Of a stretch of DNA of 64,000 bases, positions 1-9,828 are shown in pieces. This DNA comes from Rhynchopus sp. YZ270_cl-10 (taxonomy: Eukaryota), in contig OZ037835.1 of the NCBI GenBank assembly GCA_964035575.1, forward strand, positions 1 through 64,000. The letters are read 5' to 3'. The translations under genes and the position numbers were made by a program. The first letter of the stretch is position 1, and every line of letters begins with the position of its first letter. The notes beneath the pieces are model-generated. The model ran no database searches and was not told the origin of the DNA. It saw only the letters and a program-made list of their open reading frames with translations.

Positions 1-3000
1 ACGGGTTTTGCGGGTTTGCGGTTTGCGGTTTGCGGGTTTGCGGGTTTGCGGGTCTTTGCGGGTTTGCGGGTTTGCGGGTTTGCGGGTTTGCGGGTTGCGG
101 GTTTGCGGTGTTTTGCGGATGTTTTGCGGCGTTTGCGGGTTTTTGCGGGTTTGCGGGTTTGCGGGTTTGCGGGTTTGCGGGTTTGCGGGTTTGCGGGTTT
201 GCGGGTTTGCGGGTTTGCGGGTTTGCGGGTTTGCGGGTTTGCGGGTTTGCGGGTTTGCGGGTTTGCGGGTTTGCGGGTTTGCGGGGTTTTGCGGGTTTGC
301 GGGTTTGCGGGTTTGCGGGTTTGCGGGTTTGCGGGTTTGCGGGTTTGCGGGTTTGCGGGTTTGCGGGTTTGCGGGTTTGCGGGTTTGCGGGTTTGCGGGT
401 TTGCGGGTTTGCGGGTTTGCGGGTTTGCGGGTTTGCGGGTTTGCGGGTTTGCGGGTTTGCGGGTTTGCGGGTTTGCGGGTTTGCGGTTTGCGGGTTTGCG
501 GGTTTGCGGGTTTGCGGGTTTGCGGTTTGCGGGTTTGCGGGTTTGCGGGGTTTGCGGGTTTGCGGTTTGCGGTTTGCGGGTTTGCGGGTTTGCGGGTTTG
601 CGGGTTTGCGGGTTTGCGGGTTTGCGGGTTTGCGGGTTTGCGGTGTTTGCGGGTTTGCGGGTTTGCGGGTTTGCGGGGTTTGCGGGTTTGCGGGTTTGCG
701 GGTTTGCGGGTTTGCGGGTTTGCGGGTTTGCGGGTTTGCGGTTTGCGGGTTTGCGGGTTTGCGGGTTTGCGGGTTTGCGGTTTGCGGGTTTGCGGGTTTG
801 CGGGTTTGCGGGTTTGCGGGTTTGCGGGTTTTGCGGGTTTGCGGGTTTGCGGGTTTGCGGGTTTGCGGGTTTGCGGGTTTGCGGGTTTGCGGGTTTGCGG
901 GTTTGCGGGTTTGCGGGTTTGCGGGTTTGCGGGTTTGCGGGTTTGCGGGTTTGCGGTTTGCGGGTTTGCGGGTTTGCGGGTTTGCGGGTTTGCGGGTTTG
1001 CGGGTTTGCGGGTTTGCGGGTGCGGGTTTGCGGGTTTGCGGGTTTGCGGGTTTGCGGGTTTGCGGGTTTGCGGGTTTGCGGGTTTGCGGGTTTGCGGGTT
1101 TGCGGGTTTGCGGGTTTGCGGGTTTGCGGGTTTGCGGGTTTGCGGGTTTGCGGGTTTGCGGGTTTGCGGGTTTGCGGGTTTGCGGGTTTGCGGGTTTGCG
1201 GGTTTGCGGGTTTGCGGGTTTGCGGGTTTGCGGGTTTGCGGGTTTGCGGGTTTGCGGGTTTGCGGGTTTGCGGGTTTGCGGGTTTGCGGGTTTGCGGGTT
1301 TGCGGGTTTGCGGGTTTGCGGGTTTGCGGGTTTGCGGGTTTGCGGGTTTGCGGGTTTGCGGGTTTGCGGGTTTGCGGGTTTGCGGGTTTGCGGGTTTGCG
1401 GGTTTGCGGGTTTGCGGGTTTGCGGGTTTGCGGGTTTGCGGGTTTGCGGGTTTGCGGGTTTGCGGGTTTGCGGGTTTGCGGGTTTGCGGGTTTGCGGGTT
1501 TGCGGGTTTGCGGGTTTGCGGGTTTGCGGGTTTGCGGGTTTGCGGGTTTGCGGGTTTGCGGGTTTGCGGGTTTGCGGGTTTGCGGGTTTGCGGGTTTGCG
1601 GGTTTGCGGGTTTGCGGGTTTGCGGGTTTGCGGGTTTGCGGGTTTGCGGGTTTGCGGGTTTGCGGGTTTGCGGGTTTGCGGGTTTGCGGGTTTGCGGGTT
1701 TGCGGGTTTGCGGGTTTGCGGGTTTGCGGGTTTGCGGGTTTGCGGGTTTGCGGGTTTGCGGGTTTGCGGGTTTGCGGGTTTGCGGGTTTGCGGGTTTGCG
1801 GGTTTGCGGGTTTGCGGGTTTGCGGGTTTGCGGGTTTGCGGGTTTGCGGGTTTGCGGGTTTGCGGGTTTGCGGGTTTGCGGGTTTGCGGGTTTGCGGGTT
1901 TGCGGGTTTGCGGGTTTGCGGGTTTGCGGGTTTGCGGGTTTGCGGGTTTGCGGGTTTGCGGGTTTGCGGGTTTGCGGGTTTGCGGGTTTGCGGGTTTGCG
2001 GGTTTGCGGGTTTGCGGGTTTGCGGGTTTGCGGGTTTGCGGGTTTGCGGGTTTGCGGGTTTGCGGGTTTGCGGGTTTGCGGGTTTGCGGGTTTGCGGGTT
2101 TGCGGGTTTGCGGGTTTGCGGGTTTGCGGGTTTGCGGGTTTGCGGGTTTGCGGGTTTGCGGGTTTGCGGGTTTGCGGGTTTGCGGGTTTGCGGGTTTGCG
2201 GGTTTGCGGGTTTGCGGGTTTGCGGGTTTGCGGGTTTGCGGGTTTGCGGGTTTGCGGGTTTGCGGGTTTGCGGGTTTGCGGGTTTGCGGGTTTGCGGGTT
2301 TGCGGGTTTGCGGGTTTGCGGGTTTGCGGGTTTGCGGGTTTGCGGGTTTGCGGGTTTGCGGGTTTGCGGGTTTGCGGGTTTGCGGGTTTGCGGGTTTGCG
2401 GGTTTGCGGGTTTGCGGGTTTGCGGGTTTGCGGGTTTGCGGGTTTGCGGGTTTGCGGGTTTGCGGGTTTGCGGGTTTGCGGGTTTGCGGGTTTGCGGGTT
2501 TGCGGGTTTGCGGGTTTGCGGGTTTGCGGGTTTGCGGGTTTGCGGGTTTGCGGGTTTGCGGGTTTGCGGGTTTGCGGGTTTGCGGGTTTGCGGGTTTGCG
2601 GGTTTGCGGGTTTGCGGGTTTGCGGGTTTGCGGGTTTGCGGGTTTGCGGGTTTGCGGGTTTGCGGGTTTGCGGGTTTGCGGGTTTGCGGGTTTGCGGGTT
2701 TGCGGGTTTGCGGGTTTGCGGGTTTGCGGGTTTGCGGGTTTGCGGGTTTGCGGGTTTGCGGGTTTGCGGGTTTGCGGGTTTGCGGGTTTGCGGGTTTGCG
2801 GGTTTGCGGGTTTGCGGGTTTGCGGGTTTGCGGGTTTGCGGGTTTGCGGGTTTGCGGGTTTGCGGGTTTGCGGGTTTGCGGGTTTGCGGGTTTGCGGGTT
2901 TGCGGGTTTGCGGGTTTGCGGGTTTGCGGGTTTGCGGGTTTGCGGGTTTGCGGGTTTGCGGGTTTGCGGGTTTGCGGGTTTGCGGGTTTGCGGGTTTGCG

Positions 3001-4270
3001 GGTTTGCGGGTTTGCGGGTTTGCGGGTTTGCGGGTTTGCGGGTTTGCGGGTTTGCGGGTTTGCGGGTTTGCGGGTTTGCGGGTTTGCGGGTTTGCGGGTT
3101 TGCGGGTTTGCGGGTTTGCGGGTTTGCGGGTTTGCGGGTTTGCGGGTTTGCGGGTTTGCGGGTTTGCGGGTTTGCGGGTTTGCGGGTTTGCGGGTTTGCG
3201 GGTTTGCGGGTTTGCGGGTTTGCGGGTTTGCGGGTTTGCGGGTTTGCGGGTTTGCGGGTTTGCGGGTTTGCGGGTTTGCGGGTTTGCGGGTTTGCGGGTT
3301 TGCGGGTTTGCGGGTTTGCGGGTTTGCGGGTTTGCGGGTTTGCGGGTTTGCGGGTTTGCGGGTTTGCGGGTTTGCGGGTTTGCGGGTTTGCGGGTTTGCG
3401 GGTTTGCGGGTTTGCGGGTTTGCGGGTTTGCGGGTTTGCGGGTTTGCGGGTTTGCGGGTTTGCGGGTTTGCGGGTTTGCGGGTTTGCGGGTTTGCGGGTT
3501 TGCGGGTTTGCGGGTTTGCGGGTTTGCGGGTTTGCGGGTTTGCGGGTTTGCGGGTTTGCGGGTTTGCGGGTTTGCGGGTTTGCGGGTTTGCGGGTTTGCG
3601 GGTTTGCGGGTTTGCGGGTTTGCGGGTTTGCGGGTTTGCGGGTTTGCGGGTTTGCGGGTTTGCGGGTTTGCGGGTTTGCGGGTTTGCGGGTTTGCGGGTT
3701 TGCGGGTTTGCGGGTTTGCGGGTTTGCGGGTTTGCGGGTTTGCGGGTTTGCGGGTTTGCGGGTTTGCGGGTTTGCGGGTTTGCGGGTTTGCGGGTTTGCG
3801 GGTTTGCGGGTTTGCGGGTTTGCGGGTTTGCGGGTTTGCGGGTTTGCGGGTTTGCGGGTTTGCGGGTTTGCGGGTTTGCGGGTTTGCGGGTTTGCGGGTT
3901 TGCGGGTTTGCGGGTTTGCGGGTTTGCGGGTTTGCGGGTTTGCGGGTTTGCGGGTTTGCGGGTTTGCGGGTTTGCGGGTTTGCGGGTTTGCGGGTTTGCG
4001 GGTTTGCGGGTTTGCGGGTTTGCGGGTTTGCGGGTTTGCGGGTTTGCGGGTTTGCGGGTTTGCGGGTTTGCGGGTTTGCGGGTTTGCGGGTTTGCGGGTT
4101 TGCGGGTTTGCGGGTTTGCGGGTTTGCGGGTTTGCGGGTTTGCGGGTTTGCGGGTTTGCGGGTTTGCGGGTTTACGGGTTTGCGGGTTTGCGGGTTTGCG
4201 GGTTTGCGGGTTTGCGGGTTTGCGGGTTTGCGGGTTTACGGGTTTGCGGGTTTTGCGGGTTTGCGGGTTT
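1..4270. repeat. (TTTGCGGG)n 8-bp tandem array, ~4.27 kb, telomere-like composition
   Basis: Near-perfect octamer array. Indels concentrate in the first ~1 kb; a few TTTACGGG variants occur near 4170-4240. Confidence 0.98.
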
Positions 4271-4560
4271 GTGGTTCTAGGTTGCGTTATCTGGCTGGTG
4301 TGGTCAAAAAGCTGGCTGGTGGGTGCGGGTGCGCGGGAACCTGCTGGTTCTAGGTTGCGTTATCTGGCTGGTGGTTGTGCGGGTTTGCGGGTTGACGGGT
4401 GCGCGGGTTTGCGGTCCCTAGCTGGTTCGTGTGGTGGTGCGGGTGTGCGGGGTTCGGGCACTTTATCTGGTTCGTGTGGTCGATAAGCTGGCTGGTGGGT
4501 GCGGGTGCGCGGGAACCTGCTGGTTCTAGGTTGCGTTATTCGGTTGGTGTGGTGGTTCTA
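4271..4560. repeat. Degenerate GT-rich junction repeat
   Basis: GGTTCTAGGTTGCGTTAT recurs about 3 times and GCTGGCTGGTGGGTGCGGGTGCGCGGGAACCTGCT twice. Confidence 0.7.
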
Positions 4561-4689
4561 CCGGACACAATGGCCATGATAAATTTTACCCATGACATGG
4601 CATGTACATTTTTTTCACAAAAAGTTTTTTTGTGAAGAAAAATATTTTTACGAGCAAAAAATTTTTTTTGCCTGTAAGTGACCTGGAGC

Positions 4690-4887
4690 CGGGAAAGTGC
4701 GCCGATGTGCTGTCATTTTTTTTCAACCCAAAACAGAAAAAAAAGGGAAGCACATCGGCGCAGCCGGGGCCTTATAGCCGTGGTTTGCCGATGTGCTTCC
4801 TTTTTTTTGCGCCGATGTGCTTCCTGTTTTTTGGGAAAAAACCCTGCCGAAGTGCTGGTTTCTGTGCCGCTGTGCTACTGAGTCGCC
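4690..4887. mobile_element. Foldback/MITE-like element, copy 1 (left boundary uncertain)
   Basis: GCCGATGTGCT repeats in both orientations around a central CTTATAGCCGTG (4771-4782). Right end GAGTCGCC is shared with the 6700-7110 element. Confidence 0.45.
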
Positions 4888-4940
4888 TAGAACACCCGTT
4901 TGTGGCACGGGAGACCCGAGTTCAATTCTCGGTAACCGCT
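4888..4940 (+). pseudogene. trnH-GTG: 5'-truncated tRNA-His(GTG)
   Basis: Anticodon arm CCCGT-TTGTGGC-ACGGG, T arm CCGAG-TTCAATT-CTCGG, 3' acceptor strand and T-run are present. The 5' acceptor strand and the 5' half of the D arm are missing. Confidence 0.75.
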
Positions 4941-5028
4941 TTTTTAGCTGTACAATCAACCGTCTAAATTTTTTTTCAACTCCAAAAATATGCAGGCCAC
5001 ATAAAAAATACTATTGCCTAAAGACATG

Positions 5029-5100
5029 GACCGTGTGGCTCAATGGAAGAGCGCCTGACCACGGATCAGGCGGTTGCAGGTTCGAGTCCTGCCACGGTTG
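5029..5100 (+). tRNA. trnR-ACG: tRNA-Arg(ACG), C33
   Basis: Full cloverleaf; loop CC-ACG-GA; downstream T7. Confidence 0.92.
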
Positions 5101-5189
5101 CTTCTTTTTTTAGGCAATTTGAAGAATTTGAAATTATTTTCATTTTGAAATCGCCCCTCACAAAGAAAACACTTTGCATGAAAGTAACA

Positions 5190-5261
5190 GCACTTATGGT
5201 ATAACGGTTAGTATTCTCGCCTTCCAAGCGAGCGGCCCGGGTTCGACTCCCGGTAAGTGCA
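5190..5261 (+). tRNA. trnG-TCC: tRNA-Gly(TCC)
   Basis: Cloverleaf; loop CT-TCC-AA; T-run terminator. Confidence 0.95.
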
Positions 5262-5547
5262 GTTCTTTTTTTAAAGGGGGAAGCAAAATTTTCATGTTCA
5301 GAAAATTTTTTCTGAAATGTCAGCTTTTCAAAGAATTTCCAGTTTTCAAGTTTTTCCCAAAAATTTTTCAAGGTTCTTATGGGTGGGTTGACTACCAAAA
5401 AATCCAAAATCCCGGGGTGACCCCTTCCCACTGGACCCAATGTTTTTATCTGTTGTGACTGTAACTTGTCACTGTAATTCATTTGACACCAACCTCTCAC
5501 TTTTTTGTGTTTTCAAAAAAGTTCAAAAAAACAATGTTCAAAAAGTT

Positions 5548-5620
5548 AACCCCGTGCGGGACTCGAACCCGCAACCTTTGGATTCGAAGTCCAACGCGCT
5601 ATCCATTGCGCCAACGGGGC
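5548..5620 (-). tRNA. trnR-TCG: tRNA-Arg(TCG)
   Basis: Cloverleaf; loop CT-TCG-AA. Confidence 0.95.
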
Positions 5621-5682
5621 CTGATTTGATTTTCATCAGAAAAGAAACGAAACAATGAGTGGGAGCCCTGTACAAAAAAGAA

Positions 5683-5754
5683 TTCCCCGGCCGGGAATTG
5701 AACCCGGGTCTTCCGCGTGACAGGCGGAAATACTGACCTCTATACTACCGAGGA
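5683..5754 (-). tRNA. trnD-GTC: tRNA-Asp(GTC)
   Basis: Cloverleaf; loop CT-GTC-AC. Confidence 0.95.
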
Positions 5755-5852
5755 TACAATCTTCACTCTGATTTAATTTCGCGCATCAAAATGGTCTAAA
5801 ATGAGCACAGAAACGACGAAAATGCACGAAAATTCGTGAACAAAAAATGAAT

Positions 5853-5934
5853 CGCAGTCGGCAGGACTTGAACCTGCGCGGGCAGAGCCCAATGGATTTC
5901 TAGTCCACCTCCGTAACCACTTGGATACGACTGC
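5853..5934 (-). tRNA. trnS-AGA: tRNA-Ser(AGA)
   Basis: Cloverleaf with long variable arm GGGC-TCT-GCCC; loop CT-AGA-AA. Confidence 0.93.
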
Positions 5935-6011
5935 TGTAATTCTCACCGTTCTTTGTTTTTAGGCAGTCATCTGTTTGCAGAAAATAATCTGGAACACGAA
6001 AACGAAAAAAA

Positions 6012-6095
6012 TCCTCTCGGCCGGAATCGAACCAGCGACCGCTCGATAACCGAGTATTCTACAGTCGAGCGCTCTACCAATTGAGCTACGAGAGG
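6012..6095 (-). tRNA. trnY-GTA: tRNA-Tyr(GTA) with 11-nt intron (6048-6058)
   Basis: CTCGA-CT-GTA-G[AATACTCGGTT]A-TCGAG; intron at the canonical 37/38 position. Confidence 0.93.
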
Positions 6096-6219
6096 TTCTA
6101 CAACTGTCATTGTTTTCACAGAAGCCCATAAAATTTTTTGGCTCAAAAAATTTTTTTTGCCACACAAACCTGTAGAAATTTGCACCCCATGTATTTCTTA
6201 ATGATACGATAATATCAAG

Positions 6220-6292
6220 GCGAGGTTGGCGCAGTCGGGAGCGCGTAGGTCCCATAATCCTAAGGTCGTCAGTTCGATCCTGGCACCTCGCA
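6220..6292 (+). tRNA. trnM-CAT: tRNA-Met(CAT), elongator type, C33
   Basis: G1:C72, T54 and a T31:T39 mismatch indicate elongator type; loop CC-CAT-AA. Confidence 0.9.
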
Positions 6293-6377
6293 CTTTTTTG
6301 TGTGTCTTTTTCCTTTGTGTGGGATTTTCAGCAAAATTTCCACCTTCATGCTAAACGCATTGAAGCCCTAAATCATG

Positions 6378-6448
6378 GGCCCTATGGTGTAGCGGTAGCA
6401 CTATGGATTCCAAATCCATCAACGGCGGTTCGATTCCGTCTAGGGTCA
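6378..6448 (+). tRNA. trnW-CCA: tRNA-Trp(CCA)
   Basis: Cloverleaf; loop TT-CCA-AA. Confidence 0.93.
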
Positions 6449-6530
6449 TTTCTTTTTTTACACACTTTCCTTTCTGTGTTGTCTTGAAAAACTTCTTCGC
6501 AGGAGAAACAGCAAAAGCATCTTAATCAGC

Positions 6531-6602
6531 GGCGATTTAGCTCAGTGGCAGAGCATTGGTCTTGTAAACCAAGGGTCGGGGGTTCGATCCCCCCAGTTGC
6601 CT
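6531..6602 (+). tRNA. trnT-TGT: tRNA-Thr(TGT)
   Basis: Cloverleaf; loop CT-TGT-AA. Confidence 0.95.
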
Positions 6603-6699
6603 TTCTATTTTTTGGTGATGTGATGTGATGCGGTTGTGCTGAAGAAGCAGCAACTGAGCACTGGATGTGACAGGCAGGAACGCAGAAGGGAGATGGCCT

Positions 6700-7110
6700 G
6701 GCCGCTATACTCCAGTACAGGCCCGAGCGAGTGCTCACAGAATGGGCTCCAAAAACCAGCACAGAATGGAATGGCTGGAGACTTATAGGCTTACTGTAAG
6801 GATTTGTTAGGAGTGGAAAAAAAAACTCCTGACCCGGGTATTGAATTTTCAGATCATTTTCTCAGTCACAATGCAAGCACAGAATGGAAACGAAAAACCA
6901 GCACAGAATGGAATGGCTGGAGTCTTATAGCCGTGTTCCATTCTGTGCTTGGTTTTGGTTTCCATTCTGTGCTTGCATTGTGACTGAGAAAATGATCCGA
7001 AAATTCAATAGCCGGGTCAGGAGTTTTTCCATCTGAATTATGGATTGCTAAGGATTTCCCAGCCATTCCATTCTGTGCTGGATTCCACCACTCTGTACTG
7101 GTGAGTCGCC
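6700..7110. mobile_element. Foldback/MITE-like palindromic element, copy 2
   Basis: ~70-bp near-perfect inverted arms (6821-6890 and 6959-7028), AGCACAGAATGGAA subrepeats in both orientations, outer CCAGTACAG/CTGTACTGG inverted repeat. Confidence 0.6.
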
Positions 7111-7420
7111 AAGAAGCGGCAGCTGAGCACACTGGACATGCCCAGAAAGGAGATAAGTTGTGGGGCTGAAACGTGCTATCCCCAGCAAAAGGGTCTGGCA
7201 CTTTTCGCGAGTGGAAGCAGTTCACACCTGGTTGAACGCAAAACCTACACCGGTCGGTGGGAGTCCTGTGTTGGTTCGGAAAACACATATTTTCACCCAA
7301 ATTCCACTCTCAACTTGCCAACGAAACAGAACTGAGATCAAGTGGAGGAAATATTTTTTGGTTTTCATTTGCCTCAAAATCTCAGAAACCTGCAAAATCG
7401 TGAACATTCAAAAAGAAAAG

Positions 7421-7493
7421 CACCTCCCGCGGGGCTCGAACCCGCGACCACAAGGTTAAGGGCCTTGCGCTCTACCGACTGAGCTAGGGAGGC
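7421..7493 (-). tRNA. trnK-CTT: tRNA-Lys(CTT), C33
   Basis: Cloverleaf; loop CC-CTT-AA. Confidence 0.92.
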
Positions 7494-7599
7494 TCACATT
7501 CATTTAAACCAAAGAATCATTGTGGGGTGGTCATGCAGAAAAGTCTCTTGTCCTAAATTTGACCACCCCAGAGAAAAGGAAAGAAGGTAAAACTATTAG

Positions 7600-7672
7600 G
7601 CCCGTGTAGCCCAATGGATAAGGCGTTCGCTTCCTAAGCGAAAGATTGTGGGTTCGATCCCCACCATGGGTA
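7600..7672 (+). tRNA. trnR-CCT: tRNA-Arg(CCT)
   Basis: Cloverleaf; loop TT-CCT-AA. Confidence 0.94.
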
Positions 7673-7886
7673 TTCTCTTTTTCACTGGGAAGTGAAAATA
7701 TGGAAAATGATTTTTCAAGATTCTCTCACCATCTTGGGATTTTGGTGACAACAAAGATATGGCAAAATACTTTCACAAAAATGCACTTTTCCAAACTTCC
7801 TCATCTTGGGATTTTGGTGGTCGAAAAGATGTGGAAATAATTTTTCTAAACAATTCCCAAGCAAGAAACTACCTAAATAAAAAGAG

Positions 7887-7958
7887 GGGCTCAGCAGGGA
7901 ATCGAACCCTGGACCTCTCGCACCCGAAGCGAGAATCATGCCACTAGACCACTAAGCC
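7887..7958 (-). tRNA. trnP-CGG: tRNA-Pro(CGG)
   Basis: Cloverleaf; loop TT-CGG-GT. Confidence 0.95.
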
Positions 7959-8052
7959 ACTGATTATTTTCTTCATCCAGATTTACATGATGGCGTTAAT
8001 ATTCAAAAGTCAGAAATTCTTCTCTCCAAAACTTGGTCTAAAAAAAAGTATT

Positions 8053-8124
8053 TTCCGCTGCGGGGAATTGAACCCCGGTCTGCCGGGTGAGAGCCGGCTG
8101 TTCTAACCACTATACTACAGCGGA
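8053..8124 (-). tRNA. trnE-CTC: tRNA-Glu(CTC)
   Basis: Cloverleaf; loop CT-CTC-AC. Confidence 0.95.
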
Positions 8125-8214
8125 TCTGATAGTAGGCAAAACTATTATCTGCATGGGGACATCTTTTCGATCGTTGCATTGAACGAAAATGTGAAGGAAA
8201 GTTCAAAAAGAAAT

Positions 8215-8287
8215 TACAGCTAGTCGGGATTGAACCGACGATCTCTCGCGTGTGAGGCGAGCGTCCTAACCACTAGACGATAGCTGC
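8215..8287 (-). tRNA. trnV-CAC: tRNA-Val(CAC)
   Basis: Cloverleaf; loop CT-CAC-AC. Confidence 0.93.
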
Positions 8288-8351
8288 TACAATAATGACC
8301 GGAACTGTTTTCCACAAGAGGTGGGTTTTCTGCGGAAAAATGGTAATAACG

Positions 8352-8433
8352 TGACGAGAGTGGGGTTTGAACCCACGCCTCCGAAGAGACCAGGGCCTAA
8401 ACCTGGCGCCTTAGACCGCTCGGCCATCTCGCC
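8352..8433 (-). tRNA. trnL-TAG: tRNA-Leu(TAG)
   Basis: Cloverleaf with long variable arm; loop TT-TAG-GC. Confidence 0.95.
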
Positions 8434-8492
8434 TTCCCAGTTTTTTATGACTTTTGCAAAGAACAGAAAATGGTTTGAGAAGGGAAAAAAGT

Positions 8493-8565
8493 CTCCTCCT
8501 GTTGGGTTCGAACCAACGACCTGCAGGTTAACAGCCTGACGCGCTACCGACTGCGCCAAGGAGGA
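8493..8565 (-). tRNA. trnN-GTT: tRNA-Asn(GTT)
   Basis: Cloverleaf; loop CT-GTT-AA. Confidence 0.93.
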
Positions 8566-8654
8566 CCTGACAAGTGTGCTTTTTGTGTTTTGCACAATCT
8601 TGAAAACAAAACAAAAGGGATAGATTGAAAATGAAAATGAAAAAGAATAACAAG

Positions 8655-8736
8655 TGACGAGAGTGGGGTTTGAACCCACGCCCCCGAAGGGACCAGGGCC
8701 TTAACCTGGCGCCTTAGACCACTCGGCCATCTCGCC
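8655..8736 (-). tRNA. trnL-AAG: tRNA-Leu(AAG)
   Basis: Cloverleaf with long variable arm; loop TT-AAG-GC. Confidence 0.95.
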
Positions 8737-8829
8737 TTCAATAAAAGCCAACAAGAATATGGAAGTGGGAATGCGTTTCAACCAGTCACAGAGGAGAATA
8801 ACAAGGGACGAAACGGAGAAAAAGGAAAG

Positions 8830-8901
8830 TTCTCCTACGCGGATTCGAACCGCGGTCGCGAGATTCAGAGTCTCGAGTGCTAACCACTACACCATAGGAG
8901 A
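8830..8901 (-). tRNA. trnQ-CTG: tRNA-Gln(CTG)
   Basis: Cloverleaf; loop CT-CTG-AA. Confidence 0.94.
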
Positions 8902-8992
8902 TACAATTCTGTCGCTTCCTTCTTTTTCTTTGGTACCAAAAAGAATCGAGATCTGGAAATATCACAACAGTGTTTCCAAGCCAAAAAATGTT

Positions 8993-9065
8993 TGGAGATT
9001 GAGGGTATCGATCCCTCTACCTCTCGCATGCTGAGCGAGCGCTCTACCATTTGAGCTAAACCCCC
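8993..9065 (-). tRNA. trnA-AGC: tRNA-Ala(AGC), C33
   Basis: Cloverleaf with G3:U70; loop TC-AGC-AT. Confidence 0.92.
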
Positions 9066-9166
9066 TTACATTTCTTAAACGAATCTTTACAAGGTGGGGA
9101 TGGAATTCAAAACCAAAAAGGGAGAAGTAACACTCAAGAGAAAATCTGGTCTTGAAACAAAAAGAG

Positions 9167-9238
9167 AGGGCACACCCGGGTTCGAACCAGGGACCGTTCG
9201 GACTGCAGCCGAATGCTCTACCACTGAGCTATATACCC
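9167..9238 (-). tRNA. trnC-GCA: tRNA-Cys(GCA)
   Basis: Cloverleaf; loop CT-GCA-GT. Confidence 0.94.
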
Positions 9239-9321
9239 TTCAATAATCATGCTTTGCGCTGAATACTATCAGTTCACTTTTCAACCAACTTCTGTGTGTT
9301 ACACCACAAATAAGGAAAAAA

Positions 9322-9440
9322 GGATTCAAGCACCCGGACTTCCCAGCTGGTCACCCACGCCAGTACTATCCAGGCCTGCTGGTGCTTAACTTCTCAAATC
9401 AGGCGGGATGAGGTGTATTCAGCACAGCACTTAGTGCGCT
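9322..9440 (-). rRNA. 5S: 5S rRNA gene with aberrant 5' end (possible pseudogene)
   Basis: GAATACACC...GATTTGAGAAGTTAAGC...TAGTACT...GGGTGACC...GGGAAG...GGGTGCT followed by T6. The first ~20 nt cannot form helices I and II. Confidence 0.8.
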
Positions 9441-9593
9441 GCACTACTGCATCGGAGCAGGTGCCTGTGTGCTCACAGGTCACCACTCAGTGGTCGATCC
9501 CTCTAGACCAGTGTGCTGGGTTTACTGGGTTTACTGGGTAACATGATGGTTTGTGTGATCACGTTTGTTTTGGTTTGTTTGTTTGTTTAAAAA

Positions 9594-9750
9594 GGCGGGT
9601 TTGTGCAAAGCACAGCACCGCCGCTGTCAAAAATTTCACTGTGCAAGCCAGCCGAAGCTAGTGCCACCAGTATCCCCTGCGCAGTGCAATGCAAGGGCCA
9701 CTGGTGTGTCGACGCCCTTGTTGATCAGGTCAGACACCAGTAAGGTATGT
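9594..9750 (-). ncRNA. U1: U1 snRNA with variant 5' end ACAUACC (start may lie up to ~5 nt further upstream)
   Basis: GATCAACAAG U1-70K-type loop, ATTGCACT U1A loop, Sm site AATTTTTG, terminal stem GGCGG...CCGCC, upstream PSE-like motif. Confidence 0.88.
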
Positions 9751-9828
9751 AACCTCTAGCTGAGTTTAACAACATGCGAAACTCCAACACCTTCAGGGAA
9801 GCGTAGTGGTTGTCAAGACTTAAAAACA

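Noticed and set aside
8..4486. Three ~1400-1500-aa ORFs (FAGLRVCG)n
   Set aside because: A stop-free octamer repeat is open in all frames; not a gene.
9595..9603. GCGGGTTTG as a telomerase RNA template for the TTTGCGGG array
   Set aside because: It forms the 3' terminal stem of U1 snRNA, so the match is probably chance.
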